Part shown: positions 36,109-48,373 of the stretch, piece by piece
Position numbering within the stretch: the stretch's first letter is position 1
Layout: every line of letters begins with the position of its first letter
The notes under the pieces: model-generated
Seen by the model: only the letters and a program-made list of their open reading frames with translations
The model's database searches: none
What the model was told of the DNA's origin: nothing
Position numbers and translations under genes: made by a program
DNA from: Vermamoeba vermiformis
Taxonomy: Eukaryota
Assembly: GCA_045837725.1 (NCBI GenBank)
Contig: JBEWZL010000298.1
Location: 62,001-111,114 of the forward strand
DNA: 49,114 nucleotides
Reading direction: 5' to 3'

Positions 36109-38780
36109 TTAGTCATCGACGAGATCGATGAGATCAGCGACGCTCTCAAATCTATTTACATTTTTGTCTTTTCGGCTTTGTCGACCGCGCCTTCGTGGCT
36201 GTTCAACTGTCATGTCTAATTGACCTACTGGCTGCTCAGTTGCTGGCAGAGCAACGACATTCGTGTTGTTAGTATTGTTATTGTTGTTCACAGGTGTGCT
36301 CGGAGTGGAGTTGGGTGTTGAAGTGGAGTTGGTGCGAGGTCGCTTGCGTGCTGTAGGAGGACTCGGACTGCGCTCTCGTCGCCTGCTCTCGTTGCGTCTT
36401 TTGCGTCGCACGGCAATGGGCTCTTCTTCGATTTCAATGTCCGAGTCATTCTCGTACACGTTTGTGCGCGCCAGTAACGCAGTTAACGGTGTGCGAGGGG
36501 TGTCATCACTTGAGGGACTGGTCAGGTGATTGGAGCTCTCGTAGTCGTGTGTCTTTTCAGCTTCCTCGGGCACATTAAGCGCAGCTGTGCGTTGTGGTGG
36601 TGACGCACGCTGCGGCTCAGAATTCTGCCCATTGCTGTCCGAGCTGCCGTTGAGTGCTGAAGGAAACACCGTTTCTTCATCGTCCAACACGAGTGTTTGT
36701 GACGCTTGAGAACTTTCAACTGGCTGTGAGGCTGGTGGTGTCCTGGACGGTGGTGACATTGGTGTTCGGGGTTGCGGTGTTCGAGGCTGTGGCGCTCGCG
36801 ATGGTGGCGATTGAAAGCTGGGCGGCGGTGACATTGGAGGCAGTTCACCCTCTTCGAGCGGTGCTTGCTGGCGCGAGGGCGTCGAGACTGGTGCGTGATG
36901 AATGTAATCAATCTGTGGTCGTGGGGGTTGTTGCGGATCAGTTGGCGTATGGACATTGGGCAATGGTGTAACGGGCATGGGTGTGTGGGGTAGCGAGGTA
37001 CTGGGCATTGGAGTGTGCGGCAGTGATGTTGAAGGGGCAGGGGTGGTGGGTAGTGGTGAAAGCACCGCTTGCATCTCTCGCGTGGTGATGTTCTCGAGCG
37101 GAGAGTGCTCGTGATTGTTAGAACTAGGGTTGTCTTGCTGTGTTACTGGTGCGGGGGCTGATGGTTGAGCGGACTGCGGTGCCTCATCGATGGATATGTC
37201 CATCACCGTGTTAGTAGTCTCGTTAGTATTGTTTTGCAATTCTTGTTCCAATGTACTCGCGATAACACTCTCAATAGGCTTGTGAACAGCATTGGTATTG
37301 CTGAGTGTGGTTTCCATATTCGGATGCGGTCTATTGTCCTCATTCAAGGTGTCCACGAGGTCTGAGTAACTCACCTCATTACCATATGTGTATTCATGCC
37401 CACTCGCTGAGTCTTTACCCCCATTGTTATTGTTGTCCGTTCTATTGTTCGCAGCCATTTGAACGGTCTCAAGCACCTGCTCAATCTGCGCGACCATGTT
37501 ACCAATCTCACCCTGGCCAATCACTTCCCAATCAGTTCCTTTTTCTCCTTGCAGCTGATCGTCATTCGCCATTCCCATCATCTGCTGGTCTGGTGCAGTG
37601 TGTAATACTTGCACGACAGGTACGGGTGCTGGATGTACTATTGGCCGTTTGCCCGCGTTGCGTGGTGGACCCTGCACAATACCTGTAATGTGTTGTCCAT
37701 CGTAACCAACAATGCGCTGCTGCGAGGGATGTATCAAACCATTCAACTCGTCTTTTTTGCGTTTCTTGCGCTGTTTTTTAGCCAATTGTTCCGCGTCAAT
37801 CAACACCGCTGATCCTTTGCGCGGTCGTCCTCGCTTTCGTTTGAGACCCTTATGCGTCCATATCCAGCCCGGAGCTACTTCAGTGCCAAACGGTAAATTA
37901 GCGTATTGTGCGGGGTTGATAATTTCAGGTCCATCGTGACTCCTATTCAGTTGCGCAGTGTCAACTATCGTGGGTGCAATAGACGAGTGGTGCTGCTGAT
38001 ACACAAATCCCTCCACAATGCCGTGCTCTAACAGTCGCAGTGTCTCTTCCTCGCCATTAACTACACCAGTCGGTGCCATTGAGTGGTCACCATTCATCAG
38101 CGGTGAAGCGAGAGCCGTGGCGGGATTGAAGTTGTTGATCATGTTCACATGTTCGTGTCCATTCAGCGTGTACTCCTCTTCGTCCTCGTCCTCGTGGTCA
38201 TCAGTGAAATTCACCGGTCGAATGGGTGCGAAACGGTATTTCGAAATTACATCGGGCTCAGCGGAATAACCCAATTTGATTTCAGGATATTGAATGGGGA
38301 CTTGACCTGCAGCAATAAATGCAAAGATTAATTCCTCGCCAATCGTACTGTGATAGTTACCCGTACCCAAGTCTTCCGAGAGTGCGGAGGTGTCGAGCAG
38401 AACCTTCTCGCCAAGCCACAGCGCCCTCTCAGTGTGGTCGCGATATTCGTACCGCGTGATTGGATGACACAATATGGACATGCTCGGTGGTCGACGCAAT
38501 ATGAACCACGAGAGCACTGGCGCGAGATACTCTTGCGGACACCATACTTCAAAGGATCCAATCGTATGTGGGCCCACAGGTTCCTCATTGACCTTGAAAT
38601 GTATAAATAAATAGCGTTGCTACAATGCAAGCTTACCTTGTCCAAAGCTACGACGTACAACTTGTCTGAAACAAATCTGAAAAATTCATTGCGAAGTTCC
38701 ATCGCCATGTCTTTCGATTTAGGATTATTTTGATAAAAATAAATATGGAAATGATATTCTTTAATTTCTTCGTCGTCCAT
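36109..38780 (-). CDS. DOPA 4,5-dioxygenase-family domain fused to an AT-hook and a long disordered tail (true start uncertain, may lie upstream)
   Basis: EYHFHIYF...PVGPHTIGSFEVW...SILCHP...DHTERALWLG, continuing in frame to KRKRGRPRK (37816-37842) and Pro/Ser/Thr-rich sequence. Confidence 0.8.
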
Positions 38781-39196
38781 TTCCAAGTTACTAAACAAAA
38801 AATTAGATGTCGGTACAAAAAGGAAAATTGAACAATTTGAAGTATATCCTTCAGAATTTGGTTGTAGTAATTTTAATATAATATTATTTGTTTATAAATG
38901 TTTGTTTTTGGACACTTCTTTATATTGCAGAAATATTACCGTTACGGTCAAATCTACCGAATAGTTAATGTACAAAACGCAAACATATATTACACTTCAT
39001 GTTGGTACTCGTAGGGCAATAATAATATGGTTTTTTCGGATGATTTGTCGGTTTCATTTGCTCCGAAGAAATTTTGCGCAAGATCGGACGAAAAACCAAA
39101 CCGCCAAAAAGCCGATCACTTAGTCACCAGCATAAAGACCGAAGCACAAGTATATCATTATTGTAAATGTTATTTAATTGGCAATAATTTTGGAGT

Positions 39197-41001
39197 ATGG
39201 AGGTGAATCATAAGGTTGAAGAGGAATCCTCTGATTTGCCGAGAGTGCCGGATGAGCGCGTTAATAAGAAAAAGAACGATAGCCCATCTGTTTCTGATAT
39301 TAGTGATGATGATAGCAGTAGCGAATCATCGGTAAGAACCTCCGTTCTGAAAAATACGTAAAACGATCTGTTGAAAGTTTATTCACCATCTTTTATGAAT
39401 ATGTTTTAGCGTCTATAATTAATTATACAAAATTAGGATGCACCAAAATTACCGCCTAAACCAGTAAAACCGCGGAGATCGAGGACGAGTATGTTAGCCT
39501 CCTTTGGTGAGTAATTACTAAAAATTATAAATAAATCGTAGTATTAATTATTATGTAGGTTTTGACATCAATGACGCTGGAAAAGTCTCATCAGTATTTA
39601 CTGCACTCGATGAAAGAGAAGCTGCAGAACAGGAACGAAAACGACAGGAAAAAGAAGCTAAAAGACTCAAAAGAGAAAAGCTGCGTCAAGAACGCGAGCG
39701 AAAACGGATGGAACGCGAGGAGAAAAATCAACGAGAGAATGAATCGGAACAAAATATTAAATCAACTGAAGACACTAATGATGGCAGTCTACCGCCCATT
39801 CGTGACTCACACGACAATGAACAGCCAAAACAAGCGCACACAAGTGACGTTCCCAATGGTGATGTTCGGCCAAACACAATTGTTGCGAAGACCGAACAAT
39901 CTGAGACGAATGGTGAACTCCCGCGCAAAAAACGAAAATATGTCCGCAAGCCTAAAGAAGAGCCAGAAGAGGGCAAAGAAAAGAAACGACGAAGGAAAGA
40001 CAGCGAAGACACCAAACCTCGCAAGAAAAGGCGAAAAGACAGCGATGAGAACGCAGAAGAAAAAGATAAAGAAGTCACGAAGAAAAAACGACGGAGAAAA
40101 GAGAGCAATGGTGAAGAAGAAAAACCAAAACGAAGGAGAAAGAAGAACAATAACAACACTGAAGAGCGGTCAGAAGAGGAGCCGAAGAAAAAACGAAGAA
40201 AGAAAAAGAAAGAAGATGACGTCAGCCACGACAAATCTGATTCGACGAATTCGGTCAAGAAAACTACGCGCAAAAGAAAGCCTAAGAGAGAAACCAGCAA
40301 AAAATCTGAAGCCGAGAACGAGAAGAGCGAGAGCGACAATAAAGCTACACGTGCCTCGAAAGACGAAGACGACGAGAGCAGTGAGAGCGGCGAGGAATGG
40401 ACCTTAATAGAGGAGGACTTGTTACGTAAGTGTTGCACGCATATGAGCGTGAGATTGATTAATGACAGCGCGGAAATTAATTTTTTTTTTGACAGCGGGA
40501 GACACGTTGACAATATTTTCCAAACAAGTATTCAACGAAGGAATTAAAAAGCATGCCAAGACAGCTGCCGCAAGAGCGCTCGATCGAGGATATGGTTATC
40601 CCATGGTGGTACGTCACGCGATCCAAGTGGATCTTCAACTCTCATACTCACTTTTATCGCAGCCTTTCCCGAAATTGAAGCCAAAATATCAGCCACGCAA
40701 AGGTCTCTATGACTGTTTCAAGCAATTTGCAGCCAACAATCAAATAGCTGCCCCTGCACCACTTCTCAAAGGACGAAAAGATTTTCGAATACCATACGGT
40801 GCTGAATATGCCTCTGAGCATAGTGCAATGCCGAATATAGAAGAGGATGACAAGCGACTACATGGCAGTCGTAAGATTCAACACCCAAAGAAACGATTGC
40901 TGTCACATCTGCGTTCAAGTTCAGATGGCAGCAAACAAAGCGATCTTGCGCAAGATGAGGTCGACAATTTTGTAAAAATTAATACCGCGGAATCAATGTA
41001 A
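39197..41001 (+). CDS. Lys/Glu/Arg-rich low-complexity, probably nuclear, hypothetical protein, multi-exon
   Basis: Exons join in frame from MEVNHKVEEE through repeated KKRRRK clusters to the 40462-41001 frame. Confidence 0.7.
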
Positions 41002-41449
41002 TATTGTACAAATAAAACCCACACGCCTTCATGAGCGCCAAATATCTCGGATCTGAATGATTGACGGAAGATAGTAATTACGATAAAGCTATTTGCAAGA
41101 GGTAGTTAAATATCTACTCTGCCCGTCTAATTATTAGGGGAGTGTAATTACGCCGGGATCTTTCTCAGATCCGGCGCCGTGAGTTCCTGTTTTATGAAAA
41201 TTCTTCAATTTATCATCACGAAAATGTTCTGCAATGAGTTTCAGGGCAATCTCATTCATACGTCATGCTAATAAGAGTGTAAATGAGTGGCCAGCAGTCG
41301 TGCCGGACCTCGCGATTCATCGTGAACTCAGCAGTTAAAAATCCTGTCCTGAACTCCTTCCGCGCTTTTGCAGTTGTTTAATTCATTTTTTGTAATCAGC
41401 GTACACCACGCATGAATAATATTTAATTTATATTGTTATTCAAACGAGA

Positions 41450-43892
41450 ATGAGTCACGATCCTGACAACCAGTACGATCAGGACAACCCAGCCTTGGAG
41501 AAGGACACCTGCAACGTTTTTATTAAATATTTGCCACCAGAGCTCACTGATACAGGCCTCTATACACTGTTTGCTCCCTTTGGAGAAATCGAAAGCTGCA
41601 AGGTGATGGTAGATCCGATCACCGGTCACAGTCTCGGCTACGGGTAAGCATCCAATTAATAAGAAACAATTAATCATAAATTGTACGGCAAGTTTTATCG
41701 TGTAATTTTTTCTTGTGGACGCCACAAGATCCCGAATGCGCTCATCTTTTCGTTTCCCGGCCCTTTTAAATTCATGAAATGATCGGTATTGAGCGTCAGT
41801 ACACTACACTAGTACGCTCGTTGAAAAATAACGAACGAGGACCGTTAGGCTACTATTGTACATCGTATTGTTTATTTTTGCGATCTTTGTTGTGTTCAAA
41901 TCCTGATCTGACCATCATCTTTTTAGATTCTGCCGCTACATGAAGTCTGAATACGCCGAGGTTGCCATCCAGAAGATGACGGGCCAGAAAATTGCGAACA
42001 AGACTCTTCTTTGTAAATTATCCAACTCATCCAGCGCGAACAATGCCGAGCCCTCAGATAACTTGTATATCAAACCATTGTTGGCCACTACATCTACAGG
42101 TATGTACTTATTTCAATCCATTGTGGTCACGAGACGAATTTTAACTGGGATACCATAGACGAATTACGGATGTTGTTTGAGAAATTCGGCCCTATCAAGG
42201 AATGCAAAGTCATGGTTGATAAGAATACCGGTATGAGCAGACAATTGGGCTTTGTAAGGTAAGTTCAATCAGAAATGGATTGACAGGCAGATTGAACTCA
42301 TCAAATTCAATTTCCATTCAGATTCCAAAACAAAGAAGACGCTATTAGAGCGTTGAAAGAAACCAACGGATATGTCCTCCAGCCTAACACACCTCCCATT
42401 GTTGGTAAGTCCTGCTTAGGAGCCTTAAAGTAAGGCGGTTACTGATGTAAAGTCCTTCGCAGTTAAATTCGCCGAGTCTGACAAGGCCAAAGTACAGCGC
42501 AGAGCCAAGTTACTGATCAATCAAAGCGCCGCCGCAGCTCGTCAAATGGCTGCTTATATTTATCAAATGCAGCAACAACAAGCCATGTGGTCTCAAGCAG
42601 CGTACTCCATGATGCCGCCTTCCCCTGGCGCTGAATCCTCACCCCAGTCAGCTATGCCCTACGTGCTCGCGGATTCATATGGCAATGTTACTATTGCACC
42701 CACGAGCGCTGAAGTGCCTTCCTCTCCGCCCACAACTGCTCCGGGCGCCGCTCCTGGATCAATCTCACCTGCTTCTTCGACCAGCCCTCCTCCTTATGGC
42801 GCACCAATGGCACCTTGGGAGATGCCTATGTGGCCTGCTTATGGCCCTGCTTATCCTCCTCGTCACCGCAGAGGTCGTCGTGGCCCTTTGACCGGCACCA
42901 ACTTGTTTGTGTTCCACTTGCCGCCTTCAATCGACGACCAAGGACTGTGGAGACTCTTCTCGCCCTTCGGTCAACTCGACAGCGTCAAAGTTATCTGTGA
43001 CCGCACCATGCACAAGAGCAAGGGCTACGGCTTTGTGAAATATATTCGTCTGGCCGATGCGATGACAGCAGTCGCTGCGATGAATGGTTTCCCCTTAGAG
43101 AACAAACACCTCAAAGTGACCTTCAAGCAGCACTATTTGCACATGCGTCGCAATCGCCGACGATACGACTCCACGCGCTACTACCACACAAACTACCAAG
43201 GCGATCAAGAGCAAGGTGAATACGAGATTGGTGAAGGCGAAGAGATTGACGACGAAGATGTTGAAGAGGACGATGAAGAGGCAGGAGAGGACCAGCCCGA
43301 TGAAGACGAAGAGAGTGAAGACAACGAGCTCGAGACTGAAGAACAACAGTCCTATCGAGCACATAGCCGCGGTCATCACCACTACAACCACTACCACAAC
43401 GGCTATCACGGCAATCATCGCTCGTACCATCGTCGCTACAGAGATCACTCGCACAGCAACAGTCCCGCGCATCACGAGAGGACCTACACTGCTGAAGACC
43501 TCAAAGCGCAGCCCTACCTCGCTGCTGTGATTGGCAACCGCAGCGCCGCGAGCACTGAACAACAGACTCCAGCAACTACTGGCCAGAGCAACACTGACAC
43601 CAGTGCGAGCACGGAGAGCAACACCAATCAACAGCCACAACAACAGTCGTATCCCACTCCTTATCCCTACAACAAACATCGCAAGGGACAATACAACGGA
43701 CAGCGCAGTTATCAGAACGGATACAAGTCACACCAATCTGGTCATCCTAATCCCTATCACTATCCTGCTTACACTGGCAAGAAGACCACCAAGTACAGAT
43801 CGCATGAAAATGCCGCCAAGACGGAAGCACCTGAAGTTGATAAGCTAACGACACAAGTAGGTCAAATGAGCGTAGCAGATGAAGGACATTGA
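41450..43892 (+). CDS. Three-RRM RNA-binding protein (ELAV/CELF-like) with acidic and His/Tyr-rich tail
   Basis: NVFIKYLP...SLGYGF, NLYIKPL...SRQLGFVRF and NLFVFHLP...SKGYGFVKY. Confidence 0.9.
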
Positions 43893-44171
43893 GGAATATT
43901 GATATAGACTGCGTATTGTAAATAAATGTTCTATGTCACATCCAACCGTTGGGAACTGTTACCTGGGTGAGTGTCATCAAAATTGTTAAAGCACATTCTA
44001 ATGAGGTTCAAGCCTTCTAAGTCAAAGAATTGGTCAAAGCTTGGATTTTTCGCTAATTTTCGGGGCTGTGTTGTTTTATTCGGGATCGAAATTGGATCAC
44101 TTTTAGCGGTCCAATTTTATCATCGAACACAAAAGGTCTTATTCTTTTCATTGGCCTCCGTTCAATACTCG

Positions 44172-47100
44172 ATGAGTTGGAGTTCACCGAATTGGAGAAG
44201 CTCCTCGAGCGCCTGGCAAAACGAAGAAGATGAGGGCACCGACTCACGCATATTTCGTAATACAGAAGACGATGATGATGTAGAAGAACCACCGCCATTG
44301 TTAGCTCAATCGAGCAGTTCTGGACTTCGAAACAATTCCCTCACATCCAGCACTGGATCTATTTTACCAGATATTCCCACCGATACCGCAGATTCGGTAA
44401 GATATACTATTATTTATTGTGCTTTCGATTGATTTAACTTTTAATTTGATATACAACGTAGCAATTTAATTTATTCTTTCGGATTCCAAAACGACCCATT
44501 ATTTATAATCGATAATGCGGCATACAATTAACAGAACAATGTGTTATTATTTAGTGTGCTTGCTTAAAATATCAATTATTTACACTGATATTTAGGATGA
44601 GCTAAACAAGATCTACGCAAAAATCAAAAAGAAACGCGAGAGCTTTTATTGGGGCCGAACAGCAGTGATGTGGGGTGTTGGTTTTATGGTATATATAGCA
44701 CTAGCCTTGATAGTCTATTCTCAAGAGGCTGCACTGCCGACGCCCTTGCTCGCGAATGTCACCGATAACCAAGTCTTTTGCGAAGAGAGGTAGGGTTTAT
44801 ACTGATTAGCAGAATTTATATTAATGTGCCGCATAAACAGAGCGTATAAGTACTTGCAGTACTTTGGAGAAGAAATTAATGCACGACCGATCGGATCTGT
44901 TGCCAACAGACGCGCATCAACTTATATCTTTGAAACATTAACAGAAATGACGCAGATAGATCGCGTATGAATCAATACTAACATACGAGTATTATATTAC
45001 TGGCTGACTTGTTGCTCCAGGGCTCAGAGTACCCCACAATCTCGGTGCGGAGATCGTCCTCGCCAGGCAATACGAAATACTTGAATATGTTGCTCAATGA
45101 CACGAATGGCAGCAACAATAAGGAGATGAAACGCGATGCAGACGACGATATCTGGCAGAACATTTACTTTGATGGCATCGGTATGTTGATTGTACTCTGT
45201 ATATGACAAGTGTTGACACGTGCCACAGAGAACATTGTCGTGACAGTGGAGGGCGAGAAGGGTCTCAACCAGTCACTGCTCGTCGTGGCACACTTTGACT
45301 CGTCCACTCTCAGTCCTGGTACGTCTATTGTTGCAGCTCTAATGTTTGTGGGGGCTAACAGTGCGTTGTTGCAGCGACTACTGATGACGCAACAGGAGTG
45401 GCGTTGTTGATTGAACTCGTGCATAACTTAATTCACACCAAGCGCATGAAGCACACCGTGATATTCGTAAGAATGGCACTATAACTGCGTATTTGATAAT
45501 AATAATTCATTCATAACAGTTGTTCACTAACGCGCAAGAGTTTGGCTCGTTGGGTGTCAAGTCTTTTGTGGATTTGGATCCACTTTCAGACACGTGAGTA
45601 CTATGGCCTGAAGTCATGTAAGGCTAATTCTATCTTGTTAGTGTCGCTGCGTTCTTGAATATAGATAGTGTGCCTTCCAAGCGTGCAGTGTTGTTGCGCT
45701 CAACGGGTGGTTGGATTGACGAAGTGTTCATGAAATCAGCGCCCGATCCACGTGCCAATGTGATGGGCCACCACGCCCTCGAGACAGGGCTCTTCAACAT
45801 GGACTCTGATTTCTTTGTGCTCGCCAAGCAGTGGCCCGGTCTCGACTTCACAGATTACAATCACCGCAAGCTGCAGCACACTCTCGACGACACACTCGAG
45901 CACTATCAAGCAGGCAGCATGCAGTTCTTGGGCCACAACATCTTGCCCACCATCAAAGAGATTGCGAGCGGTGATTGGCTGGAGAAAGAGCCAGACTTCG
46001 AGCCCAATGTCTACTACAGCATATTGGGCCTGTTCAGCACGGTGTACTCAACTGCGACCTCGATGCGCGCACACATAGTCATTGCCGTGCTGTTGGTCGC
46101 AGGGTTGGGCTTCATGTTGTTCGTGAAGATGCGTCAATATCAGCTCTTGTTGAACAAGAAGAATCATCCGCTCAAGTTCTTAGTGTTTGGCATTGCTAGT
46201 CTCAGTCTCAGTCTGTTGGCAGGCATTCTCTTCAGTGTCTTGGTGGCCTTGCTCTTGTGGTACGTGTCATGTCACATCAACGTCATTGCTAATAGTGTCG
46301 CACCCTACTAACACCCTCACCAGGGAGTTCAATCCCATGTTCTACTATTCCTACCCACAGCTCGCCATCTTTGCATTCGGTGTGCCCGCGTTGTTGGGCA
46401 TGTTCTCCGTGCAGGGCGTGTTTCACTTGCTCAGTCGTCGTCGCGGTGTTGGCATTGGTCTCGCTGAAAAACACACTTTGTGGGCTGTCACGGTACCTCT
46501 TTGCTCATTCCTATATTTGGCAACCTAAAGTTAATAACCTAATTAGGCAATGTGGGCTGTTGTAATGTGTGCCACTGCTGGTCTGACCTATGACTATGGC
46601 TGGACGTATCCCATCTTTTTGTTCGGCCTGTTCTCGCTGATTGGTCTCGTCACGCAACTGATCCTCAACAAAGTGTTCAGCGTGGTCAAGCGCAAGTTCA
46701 ATCTCATGTCCAAAGTGTCCTCGCAAAATATCGGTCACGAGCCGTACAACGAACACAGACCACTGTTAGACGACGACTTAGACCACGATTTAGGTAGTTC
46801 ACACCTGTCACACAACGACCAATTAGACCGCAGTGACCATAATAGCTTCTTTGCCACTAATCACATGCAATTAGATGTGCACTCTAGCAGCTCTATTTCT
46901 ACCAAACGACACCACTATCACTTTTATAAGTCGCTCTGTAAGCCTTCAGTTAACTTTATGTCAATTTATCTAACGTTCCAATTAGGTAAAATTTTGATTG
47001 CCGCTTTTGTGTTTTTAGTGGCAACCGTAGTGCCGTGCTTGGTCCTGTTCGAATTGACGCAATTCTTCATCACCTTTGTTAGTGCTGGTACGTCCTAGAA

Positions 47101-48032
47101 TCACGTGACTGCTGAAAACACGACTAACTCTCGAACAGAAATTGGTCACGTGACAATGGCCACGATCATTGCGCTCGTAGCATTCGTCACTTACGTCAAT
47201 TTCTTCCCCATTGCTCGTCGCGGTGGCAACTACTGGCTCGTGATTATGGTACGTTTGAATTGCCTAATTAGGAAACAACAGCGTGTCTAATGTAGTCGCA
47301 TGACAGTTCTTGTTGTTCGGCACCGTGTTTTTGCTAGTCTTTGCAAGTGTTTATCACGAGGCCTACACGAGCAATTCTCCGCTAGGTCTTTCAGTGAAAC
47401 ACCGCTTCTTAGCACTGCATCACCGCGTCTCCTCGCGCGATGTCAGCGAGGTCAAAGATCACAGCGAGGTCATTCTCTCCACGACTTTCCCAGTCAATCT
47501 CCGCTCGATCATTGAAAAGATCAACTTCACGGACTGTCACTTCCACGACAACGACCCCACTGAGTGTCGCATCGAGTCTGGACCACCAAACGCATTTATT
47601 CCTTTTTTGGGCATCAAGAATTCAACTCTCAACGGCACTTTGCACGATGTTATGATCACGGGCATCACACCTGGCTCCTTCGTGCACCTCTTTGAATTCC
47701 CAAATTTGGTAAGTACTTGTGACTACCCCGCGTAACGTCCTCTAACATTCCGTCCATAGAAACCGAGTATGGTGCAAGTGAACAATCAGACGATCGATCA
47801 AGAGGACGTGCTCGCGAGTTTTTACTATTTCGTCGCGACTGATTACCGCTGGACCTTGCGCATTCAATACAACGGCACTGAGCCTCTCATGCTGCGCTTG
47901 CACTCGCACTTCAACAGCCTCATACACAGTGCTGTAGTGGATACACTCGTAGAAAAGTTGCCAGATTGGGTCACTTTGGTCGGATCTGGCACTGGCCTCG
48001 TAGTGACGGAGACCAATTGGAGCTTTTCATAG
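44172..48032 (+). CDS. M28 family multi-pass membrane metallopeptidase homolog (ERMP1/Pff1-like), many exons
   Basis: TM anchor, VAHFDS, TDDATGVA, LFTNAQEFG, FLNIDS, SDF, GLD and QHTLDD, followed by several TM helices. Confidence 0.85.
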
Positions 48033-48123
48033 TGCAGCTGTTATTTATTTCGAAATTGTACAGTTTATATGCTAATAAACCTGCGGAACCTGTTTATAAT
48101 GATCTATCTTTACCGTTGCTAAA

Positions 48124-48283
48124 TGCGAAGTTCCACAAACGGTCTGATCGCTGAACCCGAAAAATTACACTATGCTAAAAGGCTTAGGACTCAATTGGTA
48201 GCCTCCCAAGCGTTGGTGTTCGTGCAATGAATTTTTCTGGTTCGTCGCGGAAGAGCAGCCAGACCGAAATTGGAAACGCACAA
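48124..48283 (+). repeat. ~160-bp dispersed fold-back element, copy A
   Basis: Homologous to 7821-7980 (minus). Nested inverted segments TGCG/CGCA, TTCCA/TGGAA, CGGTCTG/CAGACCG, GAACC/GGTTC and GAAAAATT/AATTTTTC. Confidence 0.9.
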
Positions 48284-48373
48284 ATAAGGAAATATTTCTT
48301 TGGTGTTCAACGAAAAGAGAAAAAACAATACGTAAGCGCTGAACACCACAATTTATCAAATAAGCTGTACGAA

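Noticed and set aside
39562-40407. 281-aa alternative-frame ORF in the K/E-rich gene
   Set aside because: Purine-rich sequence lacks stops in several frames, and splicing supports the 39708 frame.
48238-48266. SRP RNA helix-8-like GGAAGAGCAGCC
   Set aside because: It lacks the CAGG...GNRA...AGCAG symmetric loop and any Alu domain.
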